Source of the DNA: Podarcis pityusensis
Lineage: Eukaryota
Strand: one strand, 5' to 3'
DNA: 64,000 nucleotides
NCBI GenBank assembly: GCA_964106645.2
Contig: OZ067038.1
Under the pieces are notes generated by a model. That model had not been told where the DNA came from, ran no database searches, and saw only the letters and a list, made by a program, of their open reading frames with translations. The translations under genes and the position numbers were made by a program. Position 1 is the first letter of the stretch, and each line of letters begins with the position of its first letter. Shown in pieces: positions 1 through 13,395 of the stretch.

Positions 1-2881
1 ATTTACCCAAGCACTGCCACTGTAAGATTCTTTGGAACAGTACAAAAAAACAACAACCACGAAGGTGACTTTGTACTAAGCTGAGAAGCTTCAAGGAGGA
101 AGGGGGGGGGGGAGAATCTCTAGTTGCTGTGTCAGCATGGCATAATCAGCTATTAGATATCCCTCAGCGATACTGCTTGATGCTATCACACAGCAGCAGT
201 TCCTTTCAACTCCTTTTAAAGGAATTAACAGAGCACTGCATTACCTATGTTTGTCTAATATCTCAATGACCCAGACAACATTTTACTTTGCTGAAATCAG
301 AGAGTCTCCCTGCTTCTTTCAGTCTTACTCATCTCCGCATTTACTCACTACGCCAGTCACCAACAGATTCAAAACTAAGCTTAGCATAGGACTTTAATGT
401 ATAGGCCAAACACCACATCAGACCAAGCTTGGAATTTTTAAAGACCAATAATTACCTTTTCTGAGATCGACTTTTTGGGTCGTATCCAGGCTTAGTAATG
501 CTTATTGTTCAGCAGCGGCAGCCAATGTGGTGGCTGTGAGTGCAGTGGCCCTTGAGGTCTTCCTGTTGGTCCCAATGAAAGCTCTGAGTTCCCCACACAC
601 TGCCTTTGGTCAAGAGGTGATGAGAATAGTTACTTCTTTTTCCTCTTGAAAAGTACATACTGTTAAAGGAGGAAGTTGGAAGGGTGAAACTTTCCCGCCT
701 AACTATAGGCTTTTCAAGGTTCAAATTAAATCTACTGGATTTGATTTTTACTTAGATCCCTTGGAAAAGCAAATATTGTGTATATGTGTGCTTTTTCTCC
801 ATCTTTCTCTGGCTGATCCAGGTTAGGGGGTGTGGATAGAAGTGGCCGTGCATGATGGTACCCAAGGCACTAAAGCAAAAAAACCCAAATGTGTCCATGG
901 GTCTAAAACATTCTGTTTTCTGCTTCTCAAGTTCAAATGAGTCAGCTTAAAAGTTTGAGCCTAGGCTAAACTTTATACATGCACCTCAACCTAAAGTTTA
1001 CCTAATCTTAGGCTATGGAACAAAAGCATCTGAATTGGAACCTAGACTGTGGCTTCTTCTTTTCCATTTAAGGTGCATAAAACAGAATTCTGCTGGCTAA
1101 AACCATGTGGTAGTTTCTCCTTTTGAAATATATTTATTTATTTATTACTATACATCAGTTGAGTTTAGTCATTTTGTGATATTGTAGCAGAACCTCCCTC
1201 CTGTCCATATAATTTAGTTCATTATGGAATGTTATTATACTTGTTGGCTTTGCACATCGCATATTCATTCTAACGTACAACTTAATCCCACCAAATCAAT
1301 TTGCTGAAAAGGGGGCTTTGATAAGCTTCGAGGCAACAAATTAAACGTTTTACATTTGTTTTTCTCATGCGGACTTGAACCAGGAATAATACTTTTTTTA
1401 AAAAAATGACAAAATATATCATACAAGAACAAAAGAAGTGCCAAACTAAAACCACCCAATGGTCGCTGGTATGAGGCTTACACACACACACAAAAAGAAA
1501 TGCACAAGGAAGAAGAAAAGTTAGCTTTGCTTTCAGCTATGTTTGTTTTGCTGTAAACACAGTACAGCAGTGAGAAATGAAACATATGGCAAAACAGTAT
1601 CCCATTGCCAGCCTAATTTCACATAAGATAAAGCAAAAACCAGTAAGCAACCAAACTGACCTCCAAAAAATTAAAATTCATTATACAAAAATTATTATTG
1701 TGTCAATCTCTATTTATTCCAGATAAAATGAAGAAACAGTCTGCAAAGGTCTCTGAGGTAATTTTTTGCCTTTACTGAGGACCAAAATTACTATCTAAAG
1801 GCACCCAGTTATATATACTGCATGAAGTCATGATCAGGTATCATTAATTATGGAAAGGCCTCAAGATCTTTCACTAATACACATGATAATATAGGAAAGA
1901 ACAAGGGATCATCTCTAAATCTTACATCTTCAAAAGAGGAATACACTCTACCACAGTTGGCCCTCATTTAGCAAAACTTTTTTTAAAAATACTTTGATTT
2001 CCGATTGCAGCATTCTGAGATTATACACCTGTCTTTTTTTGGGACCAGATAAACTCGCACAGAGATTTCCTTTTGATTGCAACAACAAATACGCTTCACG
2101 ACCCCACCCCCAACCTGTCAACCCTCTGGTTAATAACTTGTCGTGCAACTGAATGTCAAAATGCAGTAAGCCTGCATGCAGCAATGCCTTCATGTTTCAT
2201 GGCATATTAAAAATATGCTGTTGAGCATCAAATAAGCATTTGCTGTGCAAGTGTTCCCTTTGCACCTTGCTTTGAAGGTTCAAAGAAAGCTATTATGGCC
2301 TACTTCTCTAAAACATTACACACCGCAGTAAACACTGAAAATTAAAAGGATAGATAAAAGAGATTCAGATGACAGCTTTTCTTAAAAAAATAAATGTAGT
2401 ACTGAACATAGATGTAGAAATAAGAGATTTGTTACCATAGAAATATCAGATAAACTCTGATAACTGTTTGGCAATTACTATTGTTCCAGAAGAGTGCTAC
2501 TACATTGTTTCACAGCAGTGCAATTGTCATACAGCTGACTGCCAACTGCAGCATTCTGTGTGTGAATGGTGTTACTTTAATCATCCTCAGCATCTCACAA
2601 TACTAACATTTGGGCTTAAAAAACCCCAGATAATTAAACTGAGAACAACATTCCTATGTTGTCAATGGTATACTGGAGAAAAAGGACTAGTACAAGTGGT
2701 ATGTGGGCATGTAATGGCTGATGCAGACAAAGCTTCATACCCAGCAATGTTTCCCTTCTGCTCCCAGCAATAAACTGTTCCCCTGCTAGAGCTAGAAACA
2801 AAGGGAACAGCTCCCCGTGCAATCTTACCCACTGGGGAAGAAAAAGTGCTTCCTGCTTTTATAGGAACTTGTCCCAGTATA

Positions 2882-3107
2882 CAGTGGTACCTCGGGTTAA
2901 GTACTTAATTCGTTCTGGAGGTCCGTTCTTAACCTGAAACTGTTCTTAACCTGAAGCACCACTTTAGCTAATGGGGCCTCCCGCTGCCGCCGCGTCGCCA
3001 GAGCACGACTTCTGTTCTCATCCTGAAGCAAAGTTCTTAACCTGAGGTAATATTTCTGGGTTAGCGGAATCTGTAACCTGAAGCGTATGTAACCCGAGGT
3101 ACCACTG
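2882..3107. mobile_element. Tc1/mariner (Tigger-like) MITE, ~226-bp family
   Basis: TIRs CAGTGGTACCTCGGGTTA / TAACCCGAGGTACCACTG, TA on both sides; inverted sibling of copies at 17526, 18776, 59463. Confidence 0.9.
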
Positions 3108-4918
3108 TACTTGTTACTAGTAAACGTACTTCTGCGTCTACTCCCGAACATGGCTTCAGAGAACTTCTCTTTCATTTTCTCTTTGTAGTTAGAAAAGCCC
3201 ATCCATAATATTTTCTTCTTTGGGACCTACCAATTCTACACAATTAAATGTGCATCACTGTATCTACCCTTAGGATTTCAATGCAGGTTTGAGCAGGTAA
3301 TAGGAATGAGCACATTTTACATAAGTTGTGTCAAACAGGGTTGTACTGAAAGATCACTGGGTTGTCGTTATTTTTAGTTCAATGCCTGCTTTCCAGAAAC
3401 AAGACAAATGTCAGTAAATTCCTCCAGATTTCAGCACCTCTGATTGGCACCAAGCTTTTGCATTTCTGTGCTTCAGTGTGCACTACTGATTCAGTCATAA
3501 CATAAATACAGTATAAAGTTGAAAAGCAAGCGAGCAAGCACCTATTTTCTGCAAGCAAGAATTTCCAGCCACACTTACAATCAACTAGGTCCAGCTAATT
3601 TCATCAGGGCTACCTTCCAAGTAGGTGTGATCAGCACCACAGCCCAAGACAATTAGTTCTCTGTTTTTGTCAAAGAATGCATAAATGAACAGCCGAACAG
3701 CGGTTGGAATAAAGTCTAACAAGCTCATGTCCATGATATTATTCTGCAGATTAATAGCCAGCTGGGCTGTACTGAAAGCCCAGATGGTTATTAATCTACA
3801 GGAAGTGTCCAGCAGCCAGCTTAGTGCTATTTTAAGATGTACAGAAAATGTTTAGATACCATATGCTTCGTTTCCAGCTGCATCCAACGTTCCTGAAGTT
3901 GATGAGTATATGTTAAATATGATGAGCGTATTTAGAGACTCGTCAGGTTCTCCCTTTGGCTTACAGGTTACTTTAAGAACATCTGAAAAGGCAAGTGATG
4001 TCTAGGAGGGAAGGGCTAGATTTGCAATAGTAAAAACCTGTGGCCCAGATTTAAATAACCAAGCGTGCCAGCAGAAGGGCTTCTACTAGCACAGTGGGGC
4101 TTTCCTCTCCTCTTCTCCTGCCGATGTCTCCCAAATCTGCTCGGGGGGGGGGGGTCGAGAGAACCACTGAACAGCACACAGTGGGAGGAGGGGAGGTAGT
4201 CTTCCATCTGGCAAGCTGCAATGTCTGCACTGATGGAACGTGATACTGAATGTTTCACTCTGTTCTTCCCTCAATTAACTTACTTGCACAGCTCTTTTGA
4301 CTTAAAAGATCCTTGGAAAAGGAAAGGAGAAATTTCTCTGGTTTTTGAAATTCCATTCCTGTTTTTAGAACAACAATTTCAGAAGAAAGTATTTCAACTT
4401 TTCAAAAAGTTCTGTTATAGTTTCTCAGTTCAGTGTTTATGGGGAACATTTTCTCATAAAAGAAACTGTTGGTTATTCCAGTTCGATTTTTTAATATATA
4501 CAGTACTGTTGGTTTTATTACATTTTGTTGTTTTCTGTTGTGAGACACCTTGAAATAAGTATTTTAAATACGTATTGTCTCAACTGCTTCATTGTAACAT
4601 GATTCTTAGGTAATAAGTAAAATCTGACAGTTCCTCTACTTCACTATTTAGCAGCTGTACACATCCTTCTCTCAATAACAAAAGCTATATTCAAGCCAAA
4701 AGACCCACTAGATTAACAGTTGTAGAACTTGCCTCCTTTTAATATTCAAAAATCCCTTCAGTCTTTTAATAATTTAGCAATGCCTAGGGAATTGTAAATT
4801 TGACTAAAATACAACCTCATTTTGAAGAAAAAGTTTTCAGAAAGCATATGACAATATACTTAATATCCTTTCACTCGCAAACATATTTCCAGCTGTGTAA
4901 AAATGCTTCCTTTACTGG

Positions 4919-5098
4919 AGGCAGAGGGCCTTCTCAGTAGCAGCTGTGGAACGCCCTCCCTTCAGATGTCAAGGAGATGTCAAGAATTACACAACTTTTA
5001 GAAGACACCTGAAGGCAGCCCTGTATCGGGAGGTTTTTAATGCTTGATGTTTTTATTATGTTTTCAGATATGCTGTAAGCTGCCTAAAGTGGCTGGGG

Positions 5099-5100
<2 letters not shown>
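4919..5100 (+). mobile_element. L2 LINE 3' end fragment
   Basis: Similar to L2 copies at 47237 and 55545 (GGCAGAGGGCCTT...CAGATGTCA...GAAGGCAGCCCTG...GTGGCTGGGGAA); followed by a trinucleotide tract. Confidence 0.75.

Positions 5101-5132
<32 letters not shown>
5101..5132. repeat. (TCA)n microsatellite
   Basis: Direct reading. Confidence 0.95.
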
Positions 5133-5133
<1 letters not shown>

Positions 5134-5679
5134 CCACTTGTTGGTTATTTTGCAGTACTAGACAAGACCATGAAATAAACACACTCAGTTCCTTTTTATA
5201 TTCATTTTTTGAATCATTTTAGTATTCTTACATTTTTTAGTTGCAGTCATTCATGTTATTCAAGGGCTGCTCAAATAGATCTAAATAATTCAGGTTTGGG
5301 GGCAATACACAGGCAACTCCCTATTTCCACAGGGGTTGAGTTCCACTTCAAAGCGCTCATTGGCAGAGCATGCATAAGCATACACCACCTCGTTCCACTC
5401 ACACACCCATTCTGCCCCCATTCCTCCCTCTTTTGGGTCCGAAAGTACCGTACTTTTCGCACCATAGGACGCACTTTTTCCGACTTAAAAACTAAGGAGA
5501 AAAGTCTGTGCGTCCTATGGAGTGAATGCAGGGGGGGAGGCAGGCAGGAAAAGCCCCCAAGAGCCCCACACAAGCTTCACGCGGCTCTTGCGGGCTTTTC
5601 CCCAGGAGGGAGAAGGGACTGACACCGCCAGTCAGTCCCTTCTCCCTCCTCTAGAAAAGCCTTGAGCAACCTCTCCAGC

Positions 5680-6475
5680 GGGGGGGGGGGGGGGAGGCTG
5701 CACAAGGCTAAAGAGGAAGCCAGGGTAGGGAGCGCAATCCATCCCGCTTGCTGCCCTGGCTTCCTCTTTAGCCTTGCGCGCCCCTCCAGCCGGGGGGTGG
5801 GGGGGAGCTGCGCAAGGCTAAAGAAGAAGCCAGGGCAGAGAGCGCGATCCATCCCGTTTGCTGCCCTGGCTTCCTCTTTAGCCTTGCGCGCCCCTCCAGC
5901 CGGGGGGGGGGGGAGCTGCGCAAGGCTAAAGAGGAAGCCAGGGCAGAGAGCGCGATCCATCCCGTTCAATCGATCCCATTCGCTGCCCTGGCTTCCTCGC
6001 CTCTCCAGCCGCAGGAGGCTGCGCAAGGCTAAAGAGGAAGCCAGGGCAGCGAGCGCAATCCATCCCGCTTGCTGCCCTGGCTTCCTCTTTAGCCTTGCGC
6101 GCCCCTCCAGCCGGGGGGGGGGCTGCGCAAGGCTAAAGAGGAAGCCAGGGCAGCGAGCGCAATCCATCCCGCTTGCTGCCCTGGCTTCCTCTTTAGCCTT
6201 GCGCGCCCCTCCAGCCGGGGGGGGGAGCTGCGCAAGGCTAAAGAGGAAGCCAGGGCAGAGAGCGCGATCCATCCCGTTCGATTGATCCCGTTCGCTGCCC
6301 TGGCTTCCTCGCCTCTCCAGCCGCGGGAGGCTGCGCAAGGCTAAAGAGGAAGCCAGGGCAGCGAGCGCAATCCATCCCGCTTACTGCCCTGACTTCCTCT
6401 TTAGCCTTGCGCGCCCCTCCAGCCGGGGGGGAGCTGCGCAAGGCTAAAGAGGAAGCCAGGGCAGCAAGCGCGATC
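5680..6475. repeat. GC-rich tandem array of ~105-110-bp palindromic units inside the Tc2-like element
   Basis: About 8 copies of GCGCAAGGCTAAAGAGGAAGCCAGGGCAG, most followed by its reverse complement, separated by G-runs. Confidence 0.9.
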
Positions 6476-6677
6476 CACCAGAGGTAGATCTTAACCCTTG
6501 CCTCACCTGGGAGCTTCTCTGGGCAGGAATTCCCTCAGCTTAAGTGGGGTGGGGGAAGTGTGGCAGGTAGGGGGGTACCTACCTAGACACTGAAGCCACA
6601 TGTCTCTCCCATGAAAATTGTGAGTGGGTATTGTGTGAAGTGGCTGTGGATCTCCTGCCGCAGAACTGTAGGACTGT

Positions 6678-6872
6678 ATAGAGTTGGGAGGGCCACCTGA
6701 GGGTCATCTAGCCCAGCCCCCTCACAATGTAGGAATCACAGCTAAAGAACGCCAGGCAGATGGTCCCCCAACCGCTGCTTAAAAACTTCCAGTGGTGGAG
6801 ACCCCCAACACCTTCCGAGGTTATAGAATTGCAGGGTTGGAAGGGAACCCCAGGAGTCATCTAGTCCAGCCC
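6678..6872 (-). mobile_element. Two CR1-type 3' end fragments inside the Tc2-like element
   Basis: ATAGAGTTGG(G)AAGG...GTCATCTAG(C/T)CCAGCCCC occurs twice; minus frame SPPLEVFKQRLGDHLPGVL resembles the C-terminus of the CR1 at 34172. Confidence 0.7.
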
Positions 6873-7883
6873 CGGTGGACAGCGGGCGCGATCCATCCCG
6901 TTGCGCAAGGCTAAAGATGCCGCGCAAGGCTAAAGAGGAAGCCAAGGATCGCGCTCGCTGCCTTGTCTTCTTCTTTAGCCTCGCTGGAGAGGTTTAGCTC
7001 CTGGCTGGAGAGGTTGCGCAGCTATGGATCCCGCTCGCTGTCTTGGCTTCTTTGCTCTTTGGGGCTGGGGGGGGGAACCCGGGCTTCCCCCGCAGCCCCG
7101 AGAAGCTCTGGGAGAAGCTTTTTTTCCCTTGATTTCCCCCTCTAAAAACTAGGTGCGTCCTGTGGTCCAGTGCGTCCAATAGAGCGAAAAATACGGTACT
7201 TGCATGTCTGCAGTCACACATCAACTGGACACACCTAAAATGGTCGCCACCAAGGTATATCCACTAATGCAACAAAAAGCTGAATTTTTAAATAATTTAA
7301 AAAGCACATACAATGGTATACATCTGTTCAACTGCATCCTGCTTTTTCTTCCCAAGTTTCCTGTCAGGATTGAAAGGAAGCTCACCACTAGCCTTAGAGG
7401 CAACCAGAGTCTCTCTCTTCCTTTTCTTGCCTGCTGCATCAGCATCAAAGCTCATCTTTTAGCAGCCGTGGCCTGGAAGCCATTTTGTTTCACTCATAAT
7501 GCCCCTGATGAAGAGGGTGGGGGAAATGGGGGCCACCACAAAGAACAGGGTTTGAAATTAGCTTAAGATCCTGGGTTAAACGGAGATGTTCATTGACAAA
7601 ACTGTTAACCCCTCTTAAGTCTTGGAAAATAGGCACCCCAGAAGAAGTAGGGGTGGGGTAGAGAAAGAGTGCAAAGGCTAGTTGCCCACTGACCTTAAAA
7701 GTTAAGTTATTTTTCATAGTTACACCCCTCCTCAGAGCCTATAGCCCCCAGGGCAGCTTTAGAAGGAGATGCAAAACTACAGACTTCAGAGAACAAAGAA
7801 ATGCAGATGAAATGAAATAACAAGCCTTTATTTCTTACACCAGTCCCAGCCAGCATGGTTAATAGTCAGGAATGATGGGACCA

Positions 7884-8022
7884 TAAAGGTAAACGTAAAG
7901 GGACCCCTGACAATTATGTCCAGTCGTGACAGACTCTGGGGTTGCAGCGCTCATCTCGCTCTATAGGCCGAGGGAGCCGGCATTTGTCTGCAGACAGCTT
8001 CCGGGTCATGTGGCCAGCATGA
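7884..8022 (-). mobile_element. Sauria SINE, 3' part
   Basis: AAAGGTAAA tail, GGGACCCCTG...GTCCAGTC...GGGAGCCGGC...CTTCCGGGTCATGTGGCCAGCATGAC; matches copies at 39470 and 62608. Confidence 0.85.
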
Positions 8023-9289
8023 CCACATGGGACCATATCTAGAGGCAAAAGGTCATCCACTTCTACTTTATTCCCCTCCTCTAAAAACACTAAACACTAT
8101 ATTCAGTCTTCCAGCCTTTATTTCAGATACTTTATGCAGTTAACCTGTGCAAACTGGGTTGTATCATACTGTACACTTATGCAAACAGGAGTCCTTCCAT
8201 TCACAGAAGTGTGTTGTGTCTTTACCCTAGAAGAGGTCTTTCCTAATAGAAGGAGGTGTGATTCTCTCCGCACCTTCTGTGCTACCTTCCACACACTTCT
8301 GGAGGGACCCCCCCCCCAAACCTGTGGAGCAGATTTTCAGGGGACAAAAGTGGTTGCAGGGGGAAAGGTGAATTGGAAAAATAACCCCCTTTCCATTACT
8401 AGAGGTGTGAGCAGGATCTGAAGTCCTTCCTTTCATGGAACAGAAAAACTGCATTCCACCCATTGGTGTTAACCTAGTACATCCATGTGACAACTTTAAA
8501 ACATATTAAAAATTGCTATTAAAGCCATTCAAACTATCACAAGCACTTAATTAAAATCTAACAGTGTACACAGAGAACATGCTTAAACATCTCTCAGTAA
8601 AACTGAGTGTAATTCCTAAAATTGGGTATCTGATACTTCTACCAACATAGACTACCATGATCTTATTAATCTGGGAACTATGGTATGCTACAGGAATGCA
8701 ATCATTCACACAAGAAGAAAATTAATTTATGGGACTATGAAAAGAATGCAAGCTTTTCAATCATTTCACTGTACTGCTTCCAAAAATGCAAGCAGCCAAA
8801 GGGGTGGGGGCAACCCTGAAGTGTCGTTTTTTCACAGAGCTCAGTCAGCATATGAAGCATATACAAAGGAAAGCCTTTGCATTGTGCATTTCTGTAAGCA
8901 TTCAGCACATTTTTGCTTTAGTTTTATAGAAGAGCCATCACATACATAAAACCCAGTCCTGGCTTACCATCTTCCTCAGTACACAGAGAATGGTTTATAG
9001 AAAGGCTGAGATTCCTGAAATCAGACAATGCCTGAAAGAAGGAATTGGGGGTGCAGGGTAGTGATCGAGGTGCCACTACTACAATAAGTGTAAGGTAAGC
9101 AAGCGATGGGGCCATTTCACCAGGACTGATCTCACCCCATTACCACCCCCTAGCTGGGGCTGGGCAAGGTCAGGTTTTCAACATCACAATGTTATCACCA
9201 GCCCAGTATCATGATTTGGCGATAAATTCCAATGGCCAAATGGGTTTCATATTTTGGAAATACGGATTTCTATCTGATTGGTGACCAAT

Positions 9290-11200
9290 CCTGGCAAAAC
9301 TTTTCACATCAATTAATTCAACTGGAATAATGTCAAATTGTTGGACATCTAGCATTATAGTTCCAATTTATAAGAGAGGTGATCAAGAAAACCCTTAGAA
9401 CTACCACCCCATAAGCCTCCCTGATGTCCCTGCTAATATATTTGCACAGCATATATACTGATCTACTAGACAACTCAGAACAGTGGATAGGAGAAAATCA
9501 GGTTTTGTCCCCATTACAGGCAGGTTTTGTATGGGGTATAGCACAATCCATCAGTGCGTTGTCTTGAATTACCTTATACAAAAGTATGGAAACAGCCCTT
9601 TAAAAAAGTTATGTTACATTTATTGAGCTTTCATCTTTGTTTGACTCAACAGACTGGCAACACTTATGGAAGAAACTAGATACCATTTCACTTGATAAAA
9701 CACCAGCTGTATCTTGTGAAACAACTTTATACCAATACTGACATTAAAAGTAGTGTTGGCAGGACAGGTTTTCTATCTGATTCAATCCCAACAGTAAAGG
9801 CAGTTAAACAGGGCTGCATCTTGGCACCACTTCTATTTAATCTTTACATAAAGAACATAGGCCAGGAGCTTTCCTCATCTGATGATTTCCCTCCTGCAGT
9901 TGGGAAACAGAAGATCCCAGCCTTGCTTTATGCAGATGACATGACACTCATCTAATTGGTATGAGAAGGTTACACATCAAATTTAGAAGCTACTGTAAGA
10001 GAGGACTTACAGGAAAACAAAGGTGTTTGCCAAAAGGAGGAAACACATATGGACCATGGATGGACATAATATCGAACAATGCCAATCATATAAATATTTA
10101 GGGCTTAATTTTTCTGAAAATACCCTATGCCACACCCACCTAGAAACAATAACACTTTCATCTACATGCTTTTGGGGCCCATAAAGAAACTGTATCACAC
10201 AGAGGGCCACTGTTTAGTCGAACCAGCATTTTAAAAAATTGCAGCCAAGATTGTGTCTCACCTTTTATATGGTTCACCAATCTGGGGTAATTACTGCAGG
10301 GAGGAACTTGATGTAATTCAAAATAAGTTTCTGTGTATGATATTGGCAGTGCTACATAGTACACCCGGAGCATTACTAAGAACTGCACTAGGTCTTCCTT
10401 CTATAAAAGCCCGTAGACACGAATCTAAATTTTTGTACTTGGAAAAAGTATCATTACAACCAGAACAACACTTAGCCAAAAGATGTTTTTTTGGATTGGA
10501 GATAGGGAAGGCTGGGTAAAATCCTGTAGAAGTCTGATGCAGAGTTATTTGATCTCTCCAACTTCTGGTCGTAAGATACGAAATATTGTGTTTAGCCAAG
10601 ATGCAAAAATAGATCCTGAATACATAAAAAATTGTAAATCTGCTATTTGGTATATTAAAATTAAAACAGACCACAAAAGGGCTATGTACTTGCAAGAACT
10701 AACTTTTCCCCCCTGTCAGACATGCTTTCACCCAGCTCAGCTTCCAGACCATGCCTACTGAATACCTGGCTGGGAGATATACTAGCAGACCTGCAAGAGA
10801 GCGCCTCTGTATATGTGGATCAGGGTCTGTTGAGGATATTGAACATTATATTCTAGATTGCTCGTTGTATGATTCACCCAGATCCAAATTTATCTCCCCT
10901 TTTCAGACCGCCTCAGAAGGTCAACCAGATGTCTTTAAAATTAAATAGCTGTTGGAAGATGTTGATAAATGCATCAGTTATAGGGTGGAACTATTTGCAC
11001 TAGAGGCAAGAAATATAAGGGCAACCTTTATGGATAGTGCAAGTGCCAAACCCTAAGGATGATATGAAGGTATGTTTTTTAAAAAAAATTCTGGACATTG
11101 CAGATGTGTCTTGGTCTAATGTGTGAAATGTCTTTCGTTCTGTAGTTATATGATTTGTGCTTATATTGTATTGTGATGGACATTGGCTATAAACAACAAA
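9290..11200 (+). mobile_element. Degenerate non-LTR retrotransposon ORF2, RTE-X-like (RT domain and C-terminus)
   Basis: IVPIYKRGD..NYHPISL, VKQGCILAPLLFNLYI, LLYADD, YKYLG, LYGSPIWG, ERLCICGSGSVEDIEHYILDC; many stops and frameshifts; boundaries approximate. Confidence 0.85.
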
Positions 11201-12366
11201 AATCTATTGAAAATTTTGCAGTGTAAGTAGCTTGTATTATTTTCTTTCTGAGCAAACAGCAGTATTTAATACACAGCAATGTCCATCATTCATAATGCAG
11301 CATGCATTTATAAGCTATAAAACAAGCATGGAGAAGTTTACCATTGATTGAGTCAAGACTTAAACAAAGAATTAAACTCCTGATTTAATTAGTAACTAAT
11401 CCATATCTCCCCCTTAAACCACAACCCGACATGCATGCACACTACATGAATGTGGTTAATATTTCATAATTTATATTATCCCTATTGAAAACTTTGCATT
11501 AATTAAATTGCATTGAATTGATTTTACGTCAACATTTTTAGAACTAAGATCTATAAACCTGCTGCTACTATTTGACAAAATAGTGACTGAATTAACTTTC
11601 GATATTAGTAAGATATGGGAGGTGGCATGGATTTACTAGGAATATATGTGATTTATTAACATTATTTATGTGCGGACTTTCAGGTTACAAATCCTCCCAT
11701 GGCAGCTTACAAGTAACATTAAACTATTTTTTAATAAATAAATAAATAACCACAACAATCAATATTAACATAAAATATCAGGATCATTCACTCAGGGTAC
11801 TTGTTAGAAGGGCCATGGTGGGGTAAGGGGAAGTGACTAGCTATAGCAGGATCGGACATGATCTTCACCTACATCCCGCGCCTCTCTTTGTGTATTCAAA
11901 ATAATGTGTGCTTTAAAAAAATTCTCATTAAAACACTTCAGCCACTCTCCTACTATGTGTTCTGGAACATGAACAAGTTTAACAGGGATACTAAAAAGCA
12001 ATTTCCCACAGTAAAATCCCCCATCTAGAGACATACTTCTACAATACCACCTGGTCCAGTCTGCCACCTCCAGGTCAAAAACTCAGGAATAACTTATCAA
12101 GGCTCCATGAATTCCACAGCAGGAATGATAGTAAAATTAATCTCTCATGGTAGCAAATCTATTTTGGGGTAACAGTAACCTTGCATGAGTCATTACCAGA
12201 TGCCCAGCAGGTGTTCTTTTGTGAAACCAATTTATAAGATATAAGCTAACAAAGTGGTTTCAGGCAGACATTTCTGAAGACAACTTATCAACACTTCACT
12301 GTGGATGTCTATACCGACTGACCAAATCCATGAAAAATGTGCTCATCACTAATTGTAAAATAGATG

Positions 12367-12548
12367 CAGTGGTACTTCGGTTTTCGAGCATCTCGGAAGC
12401 CGAACGTTTTGGTTTCCGAACGCCGAAAACCCAGAAGTAAATGCTTCCGTTTTCAAACGCACCTTGGAAGTCGAATGGCTTCTGCTGTCTGTACATGTTA
12501 TTTCCCCCCCAGTTTTCTGCAGACCATTAGAAAACCGAGGTATCACTG
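12367..12548. mobile_element. Tigger-like MITE
   Basis: Imperfect TIRs CAGTGGTACTTCGGTTTTC / GAAAACCGAGGTATCACTG; related to 31706 and 61970. Confidence 0.8.
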
Positions 12549-13395
12549 TATTGTGTCTAATACCTGCCTTTAACTCGTAAACAGAAATTTCAAATATCTA
12601 AGATTTTATTATTTTTTTATATTAAAAAAAATGCATATGATTACGTTCTGGACACTTTTAAAAGAAAAAGTTTATGGAATCAAGTACAGTACCCAAAAAT
12701 TCCTGCACCTTACACAAACCCCTCCTAGGAACTGCAGGAATACATCCTCTACCCTAAGAAAAATTGCATTTGGAGAAAGGTAGACAGAATGGATAGTAAA
12801 TCTTACTAACAGCAATTTTGTAAACAAGCTGCTTTTTCCCTTCCAGTCCATAAGCCCCTCAAATTCAGATCTTTGGCAGCCAAACTGGTTGCCCACCTTT
12901 TGACTATACCCTTGTTTCTTTCCAGGAAGTAAAACAGCTAGAGAATCGGCAGCAATGGCAGGAGGGAATTCTGTTCATCAGCTGGCTTAGGACTCTGCCC
13001 ACCCGCTGCTGCTCCCACCTTCCTTCCTATGACTAAAGGGCCAACAACTCTCTTCCAGTTGACAAAAAAATGTTCTGGCTGATTGCCGAAAAGGAAAAGT
13101 CTTCCACATAAAAAGCAGCAGGAAGACAGGCATCAAATTCCAAAGCATGGCCACAAAGAAAGCTCCCTCCTGCTTCCCCACAACCTCATCTCTTCACACA
13201 ATAGGTTGGCCAGATGCAAATGAAAGCAGGCTCATCTGATTAAAAACAAAAGCCAGCATGCTTGAATTGGGCCAGGAAACAGACTGAAAGGCCATGAAGT
13301 TGTCTCTAATGAGGAGTCACATGATCACGGAAGCCAGCTCCAGCCTTTAAGCTGCTGTATTGTGGCCCAGCTGAATTTTCTAGTTTTCAAAGGTA

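Larger units (their letters stand above)
5448..7196. mobile_element. Non-autonomous TcMar-Tc2 (Kanga/MER104-like) element, 1.75 kb, with internal hairpin array and cargo
   Basis: TIRs CCGTACTTTTCGCACCATAGGACGCAC / GTGCGTCCAATAGAGCGAAAAATACGG, TA flanks; same termini as 21901 and 24540 elements. Confidence 0.85.

Noticed and set aside
4919-4931. L2 piece starts at the motif (AGGCAGAGGGCC) where the 49756-50237 piece ends, suggesting one split element
   Set aside because: 45 kb apart, in reversed order, the 4919 piece appears more diverged, and no shared TSD; coincidence is likely
5577-6441. Long overlapping ORFs (253 aa minus, 207 aa plus)
   Set aside because: Products of the GC-rich palindromic tandem array in a MITE; repetitive peptides on both strands
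5680-6475. Repeat-spacer pattern resembling a CRISPR array
   Set aside because: Eukaryotic context, spacers not unique, no cas genes, lies within TIRs
12911-13035. Plus-strand acceptor-like CTTGTTTCTTTCCAG followed by a short open frame
   Set aside because: No convincing donor and no recognisable peptide
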